Shown here: positions 10,743-20,315 of the stretch, in pieces | Position numbering within the stretch: position 1 is the stretch's first letter | Layout: each line of letters begins with the position of its first letter | From: an uncultured Alphaproteobacteria bacterium | GTDB taxonomy: Bacteria > Pseudomonadota > Alphaproteobacteria > Sphingomonadales > Sphingomonadaceae | Length of the DNA: 64,000 nt | NCBI GenBank assembly: GCA_963717735.1 | Contig: OY970349.1 | Coordinates: 1,679,349 to 1,743,348 of the forward strand | Direction of reading: 5' to 3' | Notes under the pieces: model-generated | What the model was told of the DNA's origin: nothing | Databases searched by the model: none | The model's input: the letters and a program-made list of their open reading frames with translations, nothing else | Position numbers and translations under genes: made by a program

Positions 10743-11273
10743 TTAAGCGGGAACGTATGTCAACCTGACCACGTCCTTTCCGATTCGATCGCTGGCCACC
10801 AGCCGCAGCGGCGGCCGGGGGCCGGCGAAGAACGGCTTGCCGCGACCAAGCACGACGGGATGGAGGTAGAGTCGATACTCATCGATCAGGCCAAGGTCGG
10901 TCAGGCTTCGCGCCAGCTCCGGTCCGGAAACTGCAATCTCCCCGGCGAGCTCTGCCTTCAGCCCGCGTATCGCCGCCTCGAAATCGTCCGCGACAAGAGC
11001 GGCATTCGGGCCGACGGACTTGAGCGAGCGCGACACGACCCACTTCTTTTGGCTCCGCCACGCCGCCGCGAAGTCGCGTTGCTCCGCGTCCCACTCAGGA
11101 CGGTCCTCGTCCCAATAGCGCATGATTTCGTACATGCGGCGACCGTACACGCTGCCGGCGACCCCACGCACTTGCTCTATCCAGTGATGAAAGAGCGCCG
11201 GATCGGGCGCGAATGCCAAGTGGTCGACATAGCCGTCCAACGACTGGTTCATTCCAAAAACGAGCTTCGCCAT
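10743..11273 (-). CDS. Dihydrofolate reductase-like (RibD C-terminal domain) protein
   Basis: SLDGYV, YGRRMYE, IDEYRLYLHPVVLGRGKPFF. Confidence 0.88.
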   Translation of the reverse strand: MAKLVFGMNQSLDGYVDHLAFAPDPALFHHWIEQVRGVAGSVYGRRMYEIMRYWDEDRPEWDAEQRDFAAAWRSQKKWVVSRSLKSVGPNAALVADDFEAAIRGLKAELAGEIAVSGPELARSLTDLGLIDEYRLYLHPVVLGRGKPFFAGPRPPLRLVASDRIGKDVVRLTYVPA

Positions 11274-11409
11274 GCTGCGGACTCTCCACCCCTGGTTCCT
11301 CGGAAAGGCCTGAGCCGATTTCACGCAGAAATGAAGTTGATGCAATCCGGCAGCCGCTTTGGTCGTCGCCCTGTCCGAATGGCCGAGGCCCGCAAGCTTG
11401 TCGGGGAAA

Positions 11410-11446
11410 GGGGACACGTGCTTTTCGCGAAAAAGTATGTGTCCCC
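11410..11446. repeat. GGGGACAC...GTGTCCCC hairpin (REP-like element or terminator)
   Basis: 16-bp inverted repeat with two G-U pairs. Confidence 0.55.
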
Positions 11447-11536
11447 ATCCGGCCGGCGATCTTAGACAGGCGCTGCGCGTCGAATGCGACCATTTAAGCC
11501 GATCTCGCTCAAGTTACGGGCGAGACTCTTGCGCCG

Positions 11537-12937
11537 CTAGCGAGGAAGAGGGTCGGTCGAAATATCCGCATCGCGCTCCGACCGTCTTTCTATGAAATTA
11601 TCCAGTGAGCCAGCGCGAATCATGCCTCTGGTATGGCGAAATCCTTTGAGGAACTGCAGGCGGGCGTATCTTTCGCTGAAGTTCATCGTTCCGTTGATGA
11701 AGTCTCCCAGCAGGGTCGGTTTCGGCGGATCACGAACGATGAATTTTATGGTGGGCATTTTGGGCGGCGGGCGCCGCTCTTCGGCTGGCCGCTTTCGCGA
11801 AGAGAAATCGACGCGGACGAAGCCAGGCGGCGGAAACCACGTCGCGGCCATAGCCGATCCTTCGTCGTAGCCCGTTAAACGCTGTAGCCGCTCAAGGCCG
11901 GATAGTCGCTCGACCGAGTCTGCGTCTGGGATCTCCTCCGAGCCAACGCGAATGACCAGGACGACCTCGCAAGGATCCAGGTAAACGAGAGGGAACAAAG
12001 GCAGGTTGTCCGCCAAGCCACCGTCTATGGCTCCCTCAATAGCGGGAACGATTCCATAAGGTAATGCGGCAGTCGCCAACAGTGTATTGACGGTGTGCTC
12101 GGCTTGCAAATCGGCACGTACATATTCCGGTACGAAAGTCGGCTTCGCCTGGGGGAGGATGATAGGGTTCGAGGGCGGAATACCAGTCGACATATAGTGC
12201 ATATCATCAGGATCGAAGATGTCCCGGGTTCGGGTAACGGTGGCGAAGATGGGTTCCTCAAAAGCACATCCTGCCAATTGATCCGTGAGCGTGGTTTGCA
12301 GTGACCGGGACGTAAAGGCCGCTAGCCCGCTATTCTCTACCATCAAGATATAGATAACCGGCACGCTCGGCAGAAGCATAAGCAGAAACACACCGATGTA
12401 TCCTGGCATCACGAAACTACCGGTGGTGATTACCGAGATAAGTCCGGCGATAGCGATAATGAAAAGCGCCGCTATGCCGCCGCACGAATACCAAGCTAGC
12501 ATTATTCCCACGAGAAATGCCAAGATCGGCCGTTGTGAGATCCATTCGGCCAGTTTTTTTAGGACGCCATAGGTTACCGCCAACGGAAGGAAGACCACTC
12601 TTGGCTTGCGGAGCGGGTAAACTTTTTCCAAGGAGATGGTGGTCCAGAACTCCTTGCCCCACGCCATTTGACGGGTTGACCATATGGCCGCGTTAAGTGC
12701 CCCCACGGAGGTGCCTGCGATCGCGTCGAACTCTGCGCCGTTCTCCCAGAGAGCGTAAAGACACCCAAATTGGTAAGCGCCCTTCGCACCCCCGCCCTCC
12801 AAGGCAAGTCCTCGCCTTGGGCGCGACGAGCGGTCCGGGTCACCTGAAAGCGAGGGAGTCGATCCGCCACGGACGGATGGACCGTCGGTATCAGGCGATC
12901 CAATGTTGCCTCGGCCCAGGGTCGGTGGAGTTGCCAT
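11537..12937 (-). CDS. Patatin-like phospholipase with internal transmembrane insertion
   Basis: GGGAKG, GTSVG, DGG; hydrophobic segments between the catalytic Ser and Asp; atypical AT-richer codon use; start uncertain. Confidence 0.85.
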   Translation of the reverse strand: MATPPTLGRGNIGSPDTDGPSVRGGSTPSLSGDPDRSSRPRRGLALEGGGAKGAYQFGCLYALWENGAEFDAIAGTSVGALNAAIWSTRQMAWGKEFWTTISLEKVYPLRKPRVVFLPLAVTYGVLKKLAEWISQRPILAFLVGIMLAWYSCGGIAALFIIAIAGLISVITTGSFVMPGYIGVFLLMLLPSVPVIYILMVENSGLAAFTSRSLQTTLTDQLAGCAFEEPIFATVTRTRDIFDPDDMHYMSTGIPPSNPIILPQAKPTFVPEYVRADLQAEHTVNTLLATAALPYGIVPAIEGAIDGGLADNLPLFPLVYLDPCEVVLVIRVGSEEIPDADSVERLSGLERLQRLTGYDEGSAMAATWFPPPGFVRVDFSSRKRPAEERRPPPKMPTIKFIVRDPPKPTLLGDFINGTMNFSERYARLQFLKGFRHTRGMIRAGSLDNFIERRSERDADISTDPLPR

Positions 12938-13156
12938 TATCCATTCAACTGCCCGACATCTCTTAGGACTGCCCAAAGACGAGGATAAAGACGCATACGG
13001 ACCTCAAGCTGGCCTGTAGAGCCGAGATGTTCAAGGCCGCGCCGGTCAACGACGGCTTGTGGGTTGCTTCCTGCTCGTCTGCTTGGTGAATCTACGGCCT
13101 GATCCCGGCGGCTGGAGCCGGCTTGTCTCCCCCGCGGCCTTGGCCGAAAAGGCGGT

Positions 13157-14429
13157 GTGACCGCAGGCGAGACGCACCAGGCGATCGAAGCTACCTTTCG
13201 CATTGAACGGGCCAGGCTCGTCGCGAGCCTGGCTCGGCTGGTGCGCAATATCGACCGTGCAGAGGAACTGGCGCAGGACGCCCTGGTCATCGCCCTTTCC
13301 GAATGGCCCAGGACCGGCGTTCCGGCCAATCCCGGTGCCTGGCTGATGACAACCGCCAAACGCCGCGCCATCGACGCAATCCGTCGCGACAAGATGCGCG
13401 AACGCAGGCACGACGAAATCTCGCGGGAGCTGGACGGCGCGTTCGACGGCGCGGACGCGATCGAAGCCGCCATGGACGACGATCTCGGCGACGAGCTGCT
13501 GGGCCTCATCTTCACGGCCTGCCACCCCATGCTGTCGCCCGACGCCCGCGCGGCGCTCACCCTGCGGGTGGTGGGAGGCCTAACGACCGACGAGATCGCC
13601 CGCGCCTTCCTGTCGAGCGAGGCCGTGATCGCGCAGCGTATCGTCCGAGCGAAGAAGGCGATCGCAAAGGCCGGATTGACCTTCGAGGCGCCGCGGGGCG
13701 CGCAGCGGGCAGCGGGCAGCGCGGCTGCCCTCGGTGCTTGAGGTCATCTACCTCATCTTCAACGAAGGCTATGCGGCCACGGCGGGCGACGACCTCGTCC
13801 GGCCGGGCCTGGCCCAGGAGGCGCTGCGGCTCGGCCGAATGCTGGCCGGGCTGATGCCCGAGGATGCCGAAGTGCTCGGCCTCCTGGCCCTGATGGAGAT
13901 CCAGGCGTCGCGCCTCGGGGCGCGCACCGGGCCGGACGGCGCCTTCGTGCCGCTGACCGAGCAGGATCGCTCACGCTGGGACCAGCTCGCGATCCGCCGA
14001 GGCCTCGACGCGCTGGCCCGCGCCGAAGCGCTTGGGGGCAGCGACGGCCCCTATGTGCTGCAAGCCGCGCTCGCCGCCTGCCACGCCCGCGCGAGCCGTG
14101 CCGCCGATACCGACTGGCCGCGCATCGCCGCGCTCTACGACCGGCTGCGCGTCGTCATGCCATCGCCCGTGGTCGATCTCAATCGCGCGATCGCCCACTC
14201 CATGGCCTTCGGGCCCGAAGCGGGCTTGCACCTGGTGGACGAGATCGCCGACGCCCCCGCCCTCCGCCACTATGCGCCGTTGCCGGCGGCGAGGGGCGAC
14301 TTTCTGTTCCGGGCCGGCCGGCTGGCCGAGGCGCGTTCAGAATTCAGGGCTGCGGCCACGCTTACCCGCAACTTGGCGGAAAGGGCCTTTCTCCTCGCAC
14401 GGGCGGAGGCCTGCGGCCGCAAGCACTGA
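13157..14429 (+). pseudogene. ECF42-type RNA polymerase sigma factor (TPR/DUF6596 C-terminal extension), frameshifted at ~13702-13722
   Basis: Sigma2/sigma4 motifs in 13157-13741; VIYLIFNEGY and the TPR-like tail in the next frame. Removing one GCAGCGG unit gives a 421-aa ORF. Confidence 0.88.
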
Positions 14430-14568
14430 ATCCTGTTTCCGAGGCGCGCTCGGCAAGTCAGAAGCTACCGGTCCGCTCCCGGCCAGGCCCGGCTGTTCGC
14501 CTGCGCGCCCCAAGCGGACCTAGAAAGCCGCCCGCTCCGTTCCTTGGAAGCGGACGGCTCTCCCGAGC

Positions 14569-15003
14569 CTAACTCAGCCAGCCTCGCTTGATTCCCATAT
14601 TGGCGAGCCAGAGAAGCAGGACGCCGATCAGGACGACGACTGCGGGCATGGCGGCGCTCGACGCGCCCATCTGCTCCATCGCGCCGCTCATCAGCAGCCA
14701 CCAGCCGAATTGCACGAGCATGCCGAGCAGCGAGAGGATCAGGAGCAGGCGTGCCCAGGCCTTGCCCAAGAGCAGCCCCAGGCTGCCGAGCAGGCCGCCG
14801 AATACCGCGAGGGCGAAGCCGGCGGTGGCCCAGGTCGGCATGGCCGCGACGAGGGCGGTCTCCTCCGCGGTCATCTCCATCATCGTCGGAACGACGCCGA
14901 CCTTCGAAAGATATTGCCAGACGCCGATGAGGTTCCAGAGCACGGCCAGCACCGCAACGATGCGAAACCAGGCCGGCGGCCGCCCGCTTGTCATGTCGTT
15001 CAT
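14569..15003 (-). CDS. 4-TM hypothetical membrane protein
   Basis: PPAWF..VAVLAVLWNLIG; four hydrophobic helices; SD AGGGAGGG. Confidence 0.75.
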   Translation of the reverse strand: MNDMTSGRPPAWFRIVAVLAVLWNLIGVWQYLSKVGVVPTMMEMTAEETALVAAMPTWATAGFALAVFGGLLGSLGLLLGKAWARLLLILSLLGMLVQFGWWLLMSGAMEQMGASSAAMPAVVVLIGVLLLWLANMGIKRGWLS

Positions 15004-15063
15004 AATCCCCTCCCTTTTTATCGGGCCGGACACTGCTCGTTCCGGACGCGGAATGCAATCGGT

Positions 15064-15975
15064 TCAGAGCGGCAGCCGGCGCCGCGTCGTCGCCTGGAGC
15101 GCGGCCGGCTCGACCGTCACCTTGCCGGCCTTTTCGCTGGCGTGGATCATCATCAGATCGTCGACCATCAGGCCGGCGCCGCCTTCGAACAGGACCAGAT
15201 CGCAGCGGCGCGCCGGCGCGCCTTCGGCGAGCGGCGCGCCGAACGCGGCGAGCTGGTCGGGAAACCGCGGCGCGGGCAGGCCGCACAGGCCGAGCGCGAG
15301 CTGGACGAGGGCGGAAGCGTCGATGCCGTGCGCGGTGCGGCCCCCGGCGCGATAGGGCGCGCCCATCAGCCGTTCGGCGACCACCACGGGATCGGTTTCA
15401 TGGTCGCCGAACGGCCGCAAATGGCTCAGTGCGACGCAGCCATATTCGGTGGCGAGGCAGGCGCCCTGCTCATGGCCGTGGAGCCGGGCGCCCATGGGGA
15501 GGGTGGCGGTGATTGCGGCCGTGATGTCGTCGCCGGCGGCGACCGGCGCCGATTTCTCGCAGACGATGTGGGTGGGCTCGATCGGATCGGCGAGCGCGAT
15601 CGCCTCGACATAGCCGGTGACATGGTCGGCGCGGCAATAGCCCCAGGCGAGGCCGCCGGCATATTCGAGCACGGCGAATTCCTCGCCCGGCAGCAGCTCC
15701 GACACGGCCTCAGCCTCGGCCGCCGGCGTCGTCCGCACGGAAATGGGCCGCGCGCCGCAGCTGCGGACCAGCGGCCGCGCATAATGGGGCGCGAAGATCT
15801 GGCCGGCGAGGCCGATATCGGCGATGTCGCTGCGATAGGCGTGGATGCGGGCGTCCAGGGTCAGCGACGGGCCGGTCAGGCAGAACCGCTCATCCGCTCT
15901 GGAGGAGGAAGCCGTTTCCCTGGGGGGCGCTCCGGGGGACGCCGCGCTGCTCGATATTGCCTTCGAAGCCCTCAA
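15064..15975 (-). CDS. NlpC/P60 (C40) family protein with SH3-like N-terminal domains
   Basis: LDARIHAYRSDIAD, GAPYRAGGRT..GIDASALVQ, MIHAS. Start uncertain; overlaps the MarR gene. Confidence 0.82.
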   Translation of the reverse strand: MRASKAISSSAASPGAPPRETASSSRADERFCLTGPSLTLDARIHAYRSDIADIGLAGQIFAPHYARPLVRSCGARPISVRTTPAAEAEAVSELLPGEEFAVLEYAGGLAWGYCRADHVTGYVEAIALADPIEPTHIVCEKSAPVAAGDDITAAITATLPMGARLHGHEQGACLATEYGCVALSHLRPFGDHETDPVVVAERLMGAPYRAGGRTAHGIDASALVQLALGLCGLPAPRFPDQLAAFGAPLAEGAPARRCDLVLFEGGAGLMVDDLMMIHASEKAGKVTVEPAALQATTRRRLPL

Positions 15976-16258
15976 GGAAGTCCTGCCCTGTGCTGGTCCG
16001 CGCGACGAAGACGTTGCGCCTGTCGCTCTCGTCGCGAACGCGCCGCAGATAGCCGAGCGAGCCGAGCGTGTTCAAGGCGCGCGTGATCACCGGCTTGGAC
16101 ACGCCGAGGATCTGGGCGAGGCCCCGCACCGTGTGCGGCCCCGGGGTGAGATAGACCAGCAGCATCAATGCCATCTGCCGGTTGGTGAGATCTGGCTGGC
16201 CCGACCGCACATAGCTGATCAGGGTGTTCATCCAGCTCCTCAGGGCTTGGTCCGCCAC
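15890..16258 (-). CDS. MarR family winged-HTH regulator
   Basis: DLTNRQMA, TVRGLA..LGVSKPVITRAL, DRRNV. Confidence 0.87.
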   Translation of the reverse strand: MADQALRSWMNTLISYVRSGQPDLTNRQMALMLLVYLTPGPHTVRGLAQILGVSKPVITRALNTLGSLGYLRRVRDESDRRNVFVARTSTGQDFLEGFEGNIEQRGVPRSAPQGNGFLLQSG

Positions 16259-16365
16259 GGATGCTGCTCCAAAATGATTGTCGGGACGTTTCGCGGATAG
16301 AACCAGTCAGCAACCGTTTCGTTTCCCCAATTGTCGAGAATAAGAGCCAAAATCGCGGCGAAGCG

Positions 16366-17748
16366 TCAGCCGCCATAGCGGTTCCGGAGCATGTCCCAGG
16401 CGGCGCGGAGGCCGAGCGCGTCGCCGCCCTTGGGCCGGCCGGGCCTGGCGGCGGGGCGCCAGGCGAAGGTATCGAGATGGGCCCAGGGCACGCCCTCGGG
16501 CACGAATTTCTGCAGGAACAGCGCCGCCGTCACCGCGCCGGCCAGCGGCGCTTCGGAGACGTTGCCGAGATCGGCGACGTCGGACGACAGCATGTCCTCA
16601 TAATGTTGCCACAGAGGCATCCGCCAGAGCGGGTCGGCGACGGAAGCGCCGCTTTCCAGCATGGCATTGGCGAGCGCGTCGTCATTGGCGAAGAGCGCGG
16701 GAAGGTCCGGGCCGAGCGCCACCCGGGCCGCTCCGGTCAGGGTCGCGAAGTCGAGGATGAGCTCCGGTTCCGTCTCGGCCGCCCTGGTCAGCGCGTCGGC
16801 GAGGATCAGCCGTCCTTCCGCGTCGGTATTGCCGATCTCGACGGTGAGGCCCTTGCGGCTCCGCAGGATGTCGCCCGGCCGGAAGGCGGCGCCGGAAATG
16901 GCATTCTCCACTGCGGGGATGAGAAGGTGGAGACGAACCGGCAGCCTGGCCGTCATGATCAGCCGGGCCAGGCCGAGCGCGTGCGCCGCGCCGCCCATGT
17001 CCTTCTTCATCAGCCGCATGCCGGCCGAAGGCTTGATGTCGAGCCCGCCCGAATCGAAGCAGACGCCCTTGCCGACGATGGCGATCTTCGGGTGGCGCTG
17101 GTCGCCCCATTCGAGCTCGATCAGCCTGGGCTCGCGGCCCGGCGCGGCGGCGGCGCCGACCGCGGCGATCATCGGATAGCCGGTGTCGAGCGCCTTGCCG
17201 GCGGTGATGGAGAGCTTGGCGCCAAAGTCCGTCGCCGCCGCCTCGACCGCGGCCTGAAGCTCGGCCGGGCCGAGATCGCCGGCCGGCGTGTTGACGAGGT
17301 CGCGGACCAGGAAAGTCGCGTCGGCGACCGACACGGTCTCGTCGATCCGCGCGGGCTCGTCGGTGACGAGGACGCGCGGGCCGGTCGCCTTCTTGTCCTT
17401 TCTGTAGCGGTCGAACCGGTACTGGCCGAGCAGCCAGCCCAAAGTAGCCGGGCCGGGGCCGCGCCCGGCGACGCGGTAGCTGCCCTCGGGCAGGCTCTCG
17501 GCCGCCTTGGCGAGGCACCAGGGACTCAGCTCATCGACATTGGCGACGCCGAGCACCGCCGCCCAATGGTCGCCGGGCAGGATCGCGAGCTGATAGCCCT
17601 CGCCCTTGAAGCCCTGCGCCACGACCGCCTGGCGCGTCCTGGCCGGCTGCGCCTTGAGCCAGGCCTCGAAGCCCTTCTTGTCGACGAGGTGGAGCGCGGG
17701 GGCGTTCTGGCCCTTATCGGGCTTCAGCAGGGACTTGAGGTCGGTCAT
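16366..17748 (-). CDS. Leucyl aminopeptidase (M17)
   Basis: [32 protein letters not shown]. Confidence 0.95.
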   Translation of the reverse strand: MTDLKSLLKPDKGQNAPALHLVDKKGFEAWLKAQPARTRQAVVAQGFKGEGYQLAILPGDHWAAVLGVANVDELSPWCLAKAAESLPEGSYRVAGRGPGPATLGWLLGQYRFDRYRKDKKATGPRVLVTDEPARIDETVSVADATFLVRDLVNTPAGDLGPAELQAAVEAAATDFGAKLSITAGKALDTGYPMIAAVGAAAAPGREPRLIELEWGDQRHPKIAIVGKGVCFDSGGLDIKPSAGMRLMKKDMGGAAHALGLARLIMTARLPVRLHLLIPAVENAISGAAFRPGDILRSRKGLTVEIGNTDAEGRLILADALTRAAETEPELILDFATLTGAARVALGPDLPALFANDDALANAMLESGASVADPLWRMPLWQHYEDMLSSDVADLGNVSEAPLAGAVTAALFLQKFVPEGVPWAHLDTFAWRPAARPGRPKGGDALGLRAAWDMLRNRYGG

Positions 17749-19081
17749 CGCGCGGCGGGAACGCCGTAGAGGTCGTGCTCGTCGGCGTCCTCGACCAGGA
17801 CGGGCACGATGTCGCCCAAAGCGAGATGGCCGGCGTCGCGCAAATGGACCTCGCCGTCGATCTCGGGCGCGTCGGCCTGGGAGCGGCCGGTGGCGCCGCC
17901 TTCCGGATCGACCGCGTCGATGATGACGTTGATCGTTCGACCGATCTTGGCGGCGAGCTTCGCCGCGGAGATGGCGGCGGTCTTTTCCATGAAGCGGGCG
18001 TAGCGCTCCTCCTTGACCGGCTCGGGGACGATGCCCGGGAGGGAATTGGCGGCGGCGCCGCCGACCGGCTCGAACTTGAACGCGCCGACGCGGTCGAGCT
18101 GGGCCTCGTCGAGCCAGTCCAGCAGATAGGCGAAATCCTCCTCGGTCTCGCCGGGAAAGCCGACGATGAAGGTCGAGCGGATGGCGATGTCGGGGCAGAT
18201 TTCGCGCCAGGAGCGGATACGCTCGAGCACCCTGGCCTCGTTGGCGGGGCGCTTCATCGCCTTGAGCACCTTCGGACTCGCATGCTGGAAGGGGATGTCG
18301 AGATAAGGGAGGACCAGCCCCTCGGCCATCAGCGGGATCACCCTGTCCACATGCGGATAGGGATAGACATAATGGAGGCGCACCCAGGCGCCGAGCTTGC
18401 CGAGCTCGCGGGCGAGGTCGGTCATATGGGCGCGGACCTCCCCCCCTTCCACGGCCAGGACGCGTGCCGGAGGTCGACGCCGTAGGCCGAGGTGTCCTGG
18501 CTGATCACCAGGAGCTCCTTCGTCCCCGCGGCGACCAATTTCTCGGCCTCGCGCAGGATCGCGTCGGGGCGGCGGCTGACCAGGTCGCCGCGCAGCGAGG
18601 GGATGATGCAGAAGGCGCAGCGATGGTTGCAGCCCTCGGAGATCTTCAAATAGCTATAGTGGCGCGGGGTCAGCTTGAGGCCCGCGTCGGGCACCAGGTT
18701 CAGATAAGCGGAAGGGGGGATTGGGGCGGCGACGTGGACCGCGCCGACCACCTCCTCATATTGCGCGGCGCCGGTGATGGCGAGCACTTCGGGGAAGCGC
18801 GCGCGGATCATTTCCGCCTCCTTGCCGAGGCAGCCGGTGACGATCACCCGGCCGTTCTCGGCGATCGCCTCGCCGATCGCCGACAGGCTCTCCTCCTTGG
18901 CCGAATCGAGAAAGCCGCAGGTGTTGACGAGCACCACGTCGGCGCCGGCATAATCGGGCGACATCTGATAGCCGTCCGATCTGAGCTTGGTCAGGATCCG
19001 CTCGCTATCGACCAGCGCCTTCGGGCAGCCGAGCGAAACCATGCCAACCTTGGGCGGGGCGGGGAGTTCGAGCGTTTCCAT
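17745..19081 (-). pseudogene. rimO: Ribosomal protein S12 methylthiotransferase, frameshifted in a G7 run (possible sequencing error)
   Basis: [20 protein letters not shown] radical-SAM motif and TRAM domain, split over two frames at 18440-18446. Confidence 0.92.
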
Positions 19082-19145
19082 GGATCGCGCGCACATAAGG
19101 CGCGCGGGGCCAAATTCCTAGTCGTCGGCGTACATTCGCGCCGTT

Positions 19146-19394
19146 CTAGTTGCTGCTGGGGGCGGGGATGTTCATAAGCTCCCGCCGGAACTGTTCGCGG
19201 TCCACTTCATAAGCCCGCCATTCGGCGACCGTTCTGCAAACGCGCCGTCGCGCCAGGCGCGATCCGGTCACGCCTTCTTGCGCCCGGCAGATCACCCGGT
19301 CCGGTCGGTCGGCGTCGGCCGGCCGCCTTGGCGCGTCTGCCCGCGGCTCCGGCGAAGCTGCAATCAAGAGCAGCGCAACGACTTCGGGTAACAT
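19146..19394 (-). CDS. Small secreted protein with ICR...TGSRL...C.T..EW motif
   Basis: SD GAAGGAG, hydrophobic N-terminus, paired Cys. Confidence 0.7.
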   Translation of the reverse strand: MLPEVVALLLIAASPEPRADAPRRPADADRPDRVICRAQEGVTGSRLARRRVCRTVAEWRAYEVDREQFRRELMNIPAPSSN

Positions 19395-19591
19395 CTGTGT
19401 CTCCTTCCAAATCGCGGTCATGCTAAACCGTGAAAACGATGGCTGTCCATCGCCTAAATCGCGGGCATACAAGAAAAAACTTGCCAAGTCGACGTTGCCG
19501 GCGTTTCTTGACTCCGGAAAGGAGTGGTGGGAGAGCAGCCGCGGTCCGGCGAGCTCGGGCGGCCATTCCCTCGGCACGGAAAGGGCAGGGC

Positions 19592-19999
19592 ATGCTGACT
19601 GCGATCGCTTCGATGTTGCTTTCGACCGTCACGGTTACGCCGCAGGTCGATGTCGGTCGCTTCGACCCAGACCGCTTTCCCGCGGCGGCGATGCGCGAGC
19701 GGAGGCTCCCCTACGAAGGGCTCATGCCGCAGGTCGAGGAGATTTTGCGCGAGCGGCGCTGTACGATCGAGGGGCAGACCTATCGCCGGTTCGATATCCG
19801 GATCCCGTATCTGGTCCGGCTTTCGTCCGACGGGACAGCGACCCGGTTCGTGGTTCGCGACTTGAGTTGCGTGCCGCTCGAGACCCTCGCCGGGTACATC
19901 ATGCTCGACCTCGCCCGGATCGGCGACTTTCGACCGACCGGCCGTTCGCAGCCGAGCTGGTTTGCCGGCGAGCTGCGCTTCACCGTTGAATACAGGTAG
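19592..19999 (+). CDS. Hypothetical secreted protein
   Basis: Signal-like MLTAIASMLLSTV, two Cys, followed by a hairpin. Confidence 0.65.
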   Translation: MLTAIASMLLSTVTVTPQVDVGRFDPDRFPAAAMRERRLPYEGLMPQVEEILRERRCTIEGQTYRRFDIRIPYLVRLSSDGTATRFVVRDLSCVPLETLAGYIMLDLARIGDFRPTGRSQPSWFAGELRFTVEYR

Positions 20000-20041
20000 G
20001 GATTGCCCCGGGCAATCCGACCCGTTCATGGTTCGACAATT

Positions 20042-20079
20042 GGGGCTGGTACCGGCTGCGGGGCAGCCGGTACCAGCCC
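20042..20079. terminator. Strong hairpin after the 19592-19999 gene
   Basis: GGGGCTGGTACCGGCTGC...GCAGCCGGTACCAGCCCC. Confidence 0.65.
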
Positions 20080-20122
20080 AATCACCGGCTGCTCAAGATG
20101 AGCGGGTCGAGCTAAATAAGCG

Positions 20123-20228
20123 CTTCATGGGGACGTAGAGATATGGTCCCCATGAAGGGGGGACTGTCCCCTGTTTTGTGAAGGGGGGACTGTCCCCTGT
20201 TTTGAAGGGGGGACTGTCCCTTGTTTTG
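20123..20228. repeat. 12-bp inverted repeat plus three tandem TGAAGGGGGGACTGTCCC(C/T)TGTTT units (REP-like)
   Basis: Read directly; periods of 26 and 24 bp, each unit containing the palindrome GGGACTGTCCC. Confidence 0.85.
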
Positions 20229-20315
20229 GCGCGTCGGTTGCGCAGGACCCGCGCTTGCGCGCCGGGGTGCACGCGCCGATAGTGGCGGCGGCATAACGGT
20301 CGAAGCGGAGGGGAC

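Noticed and set aside
20153-20228. Mini CRISPR array
   Set aside because: The units are directly tandem with no unique spacers.
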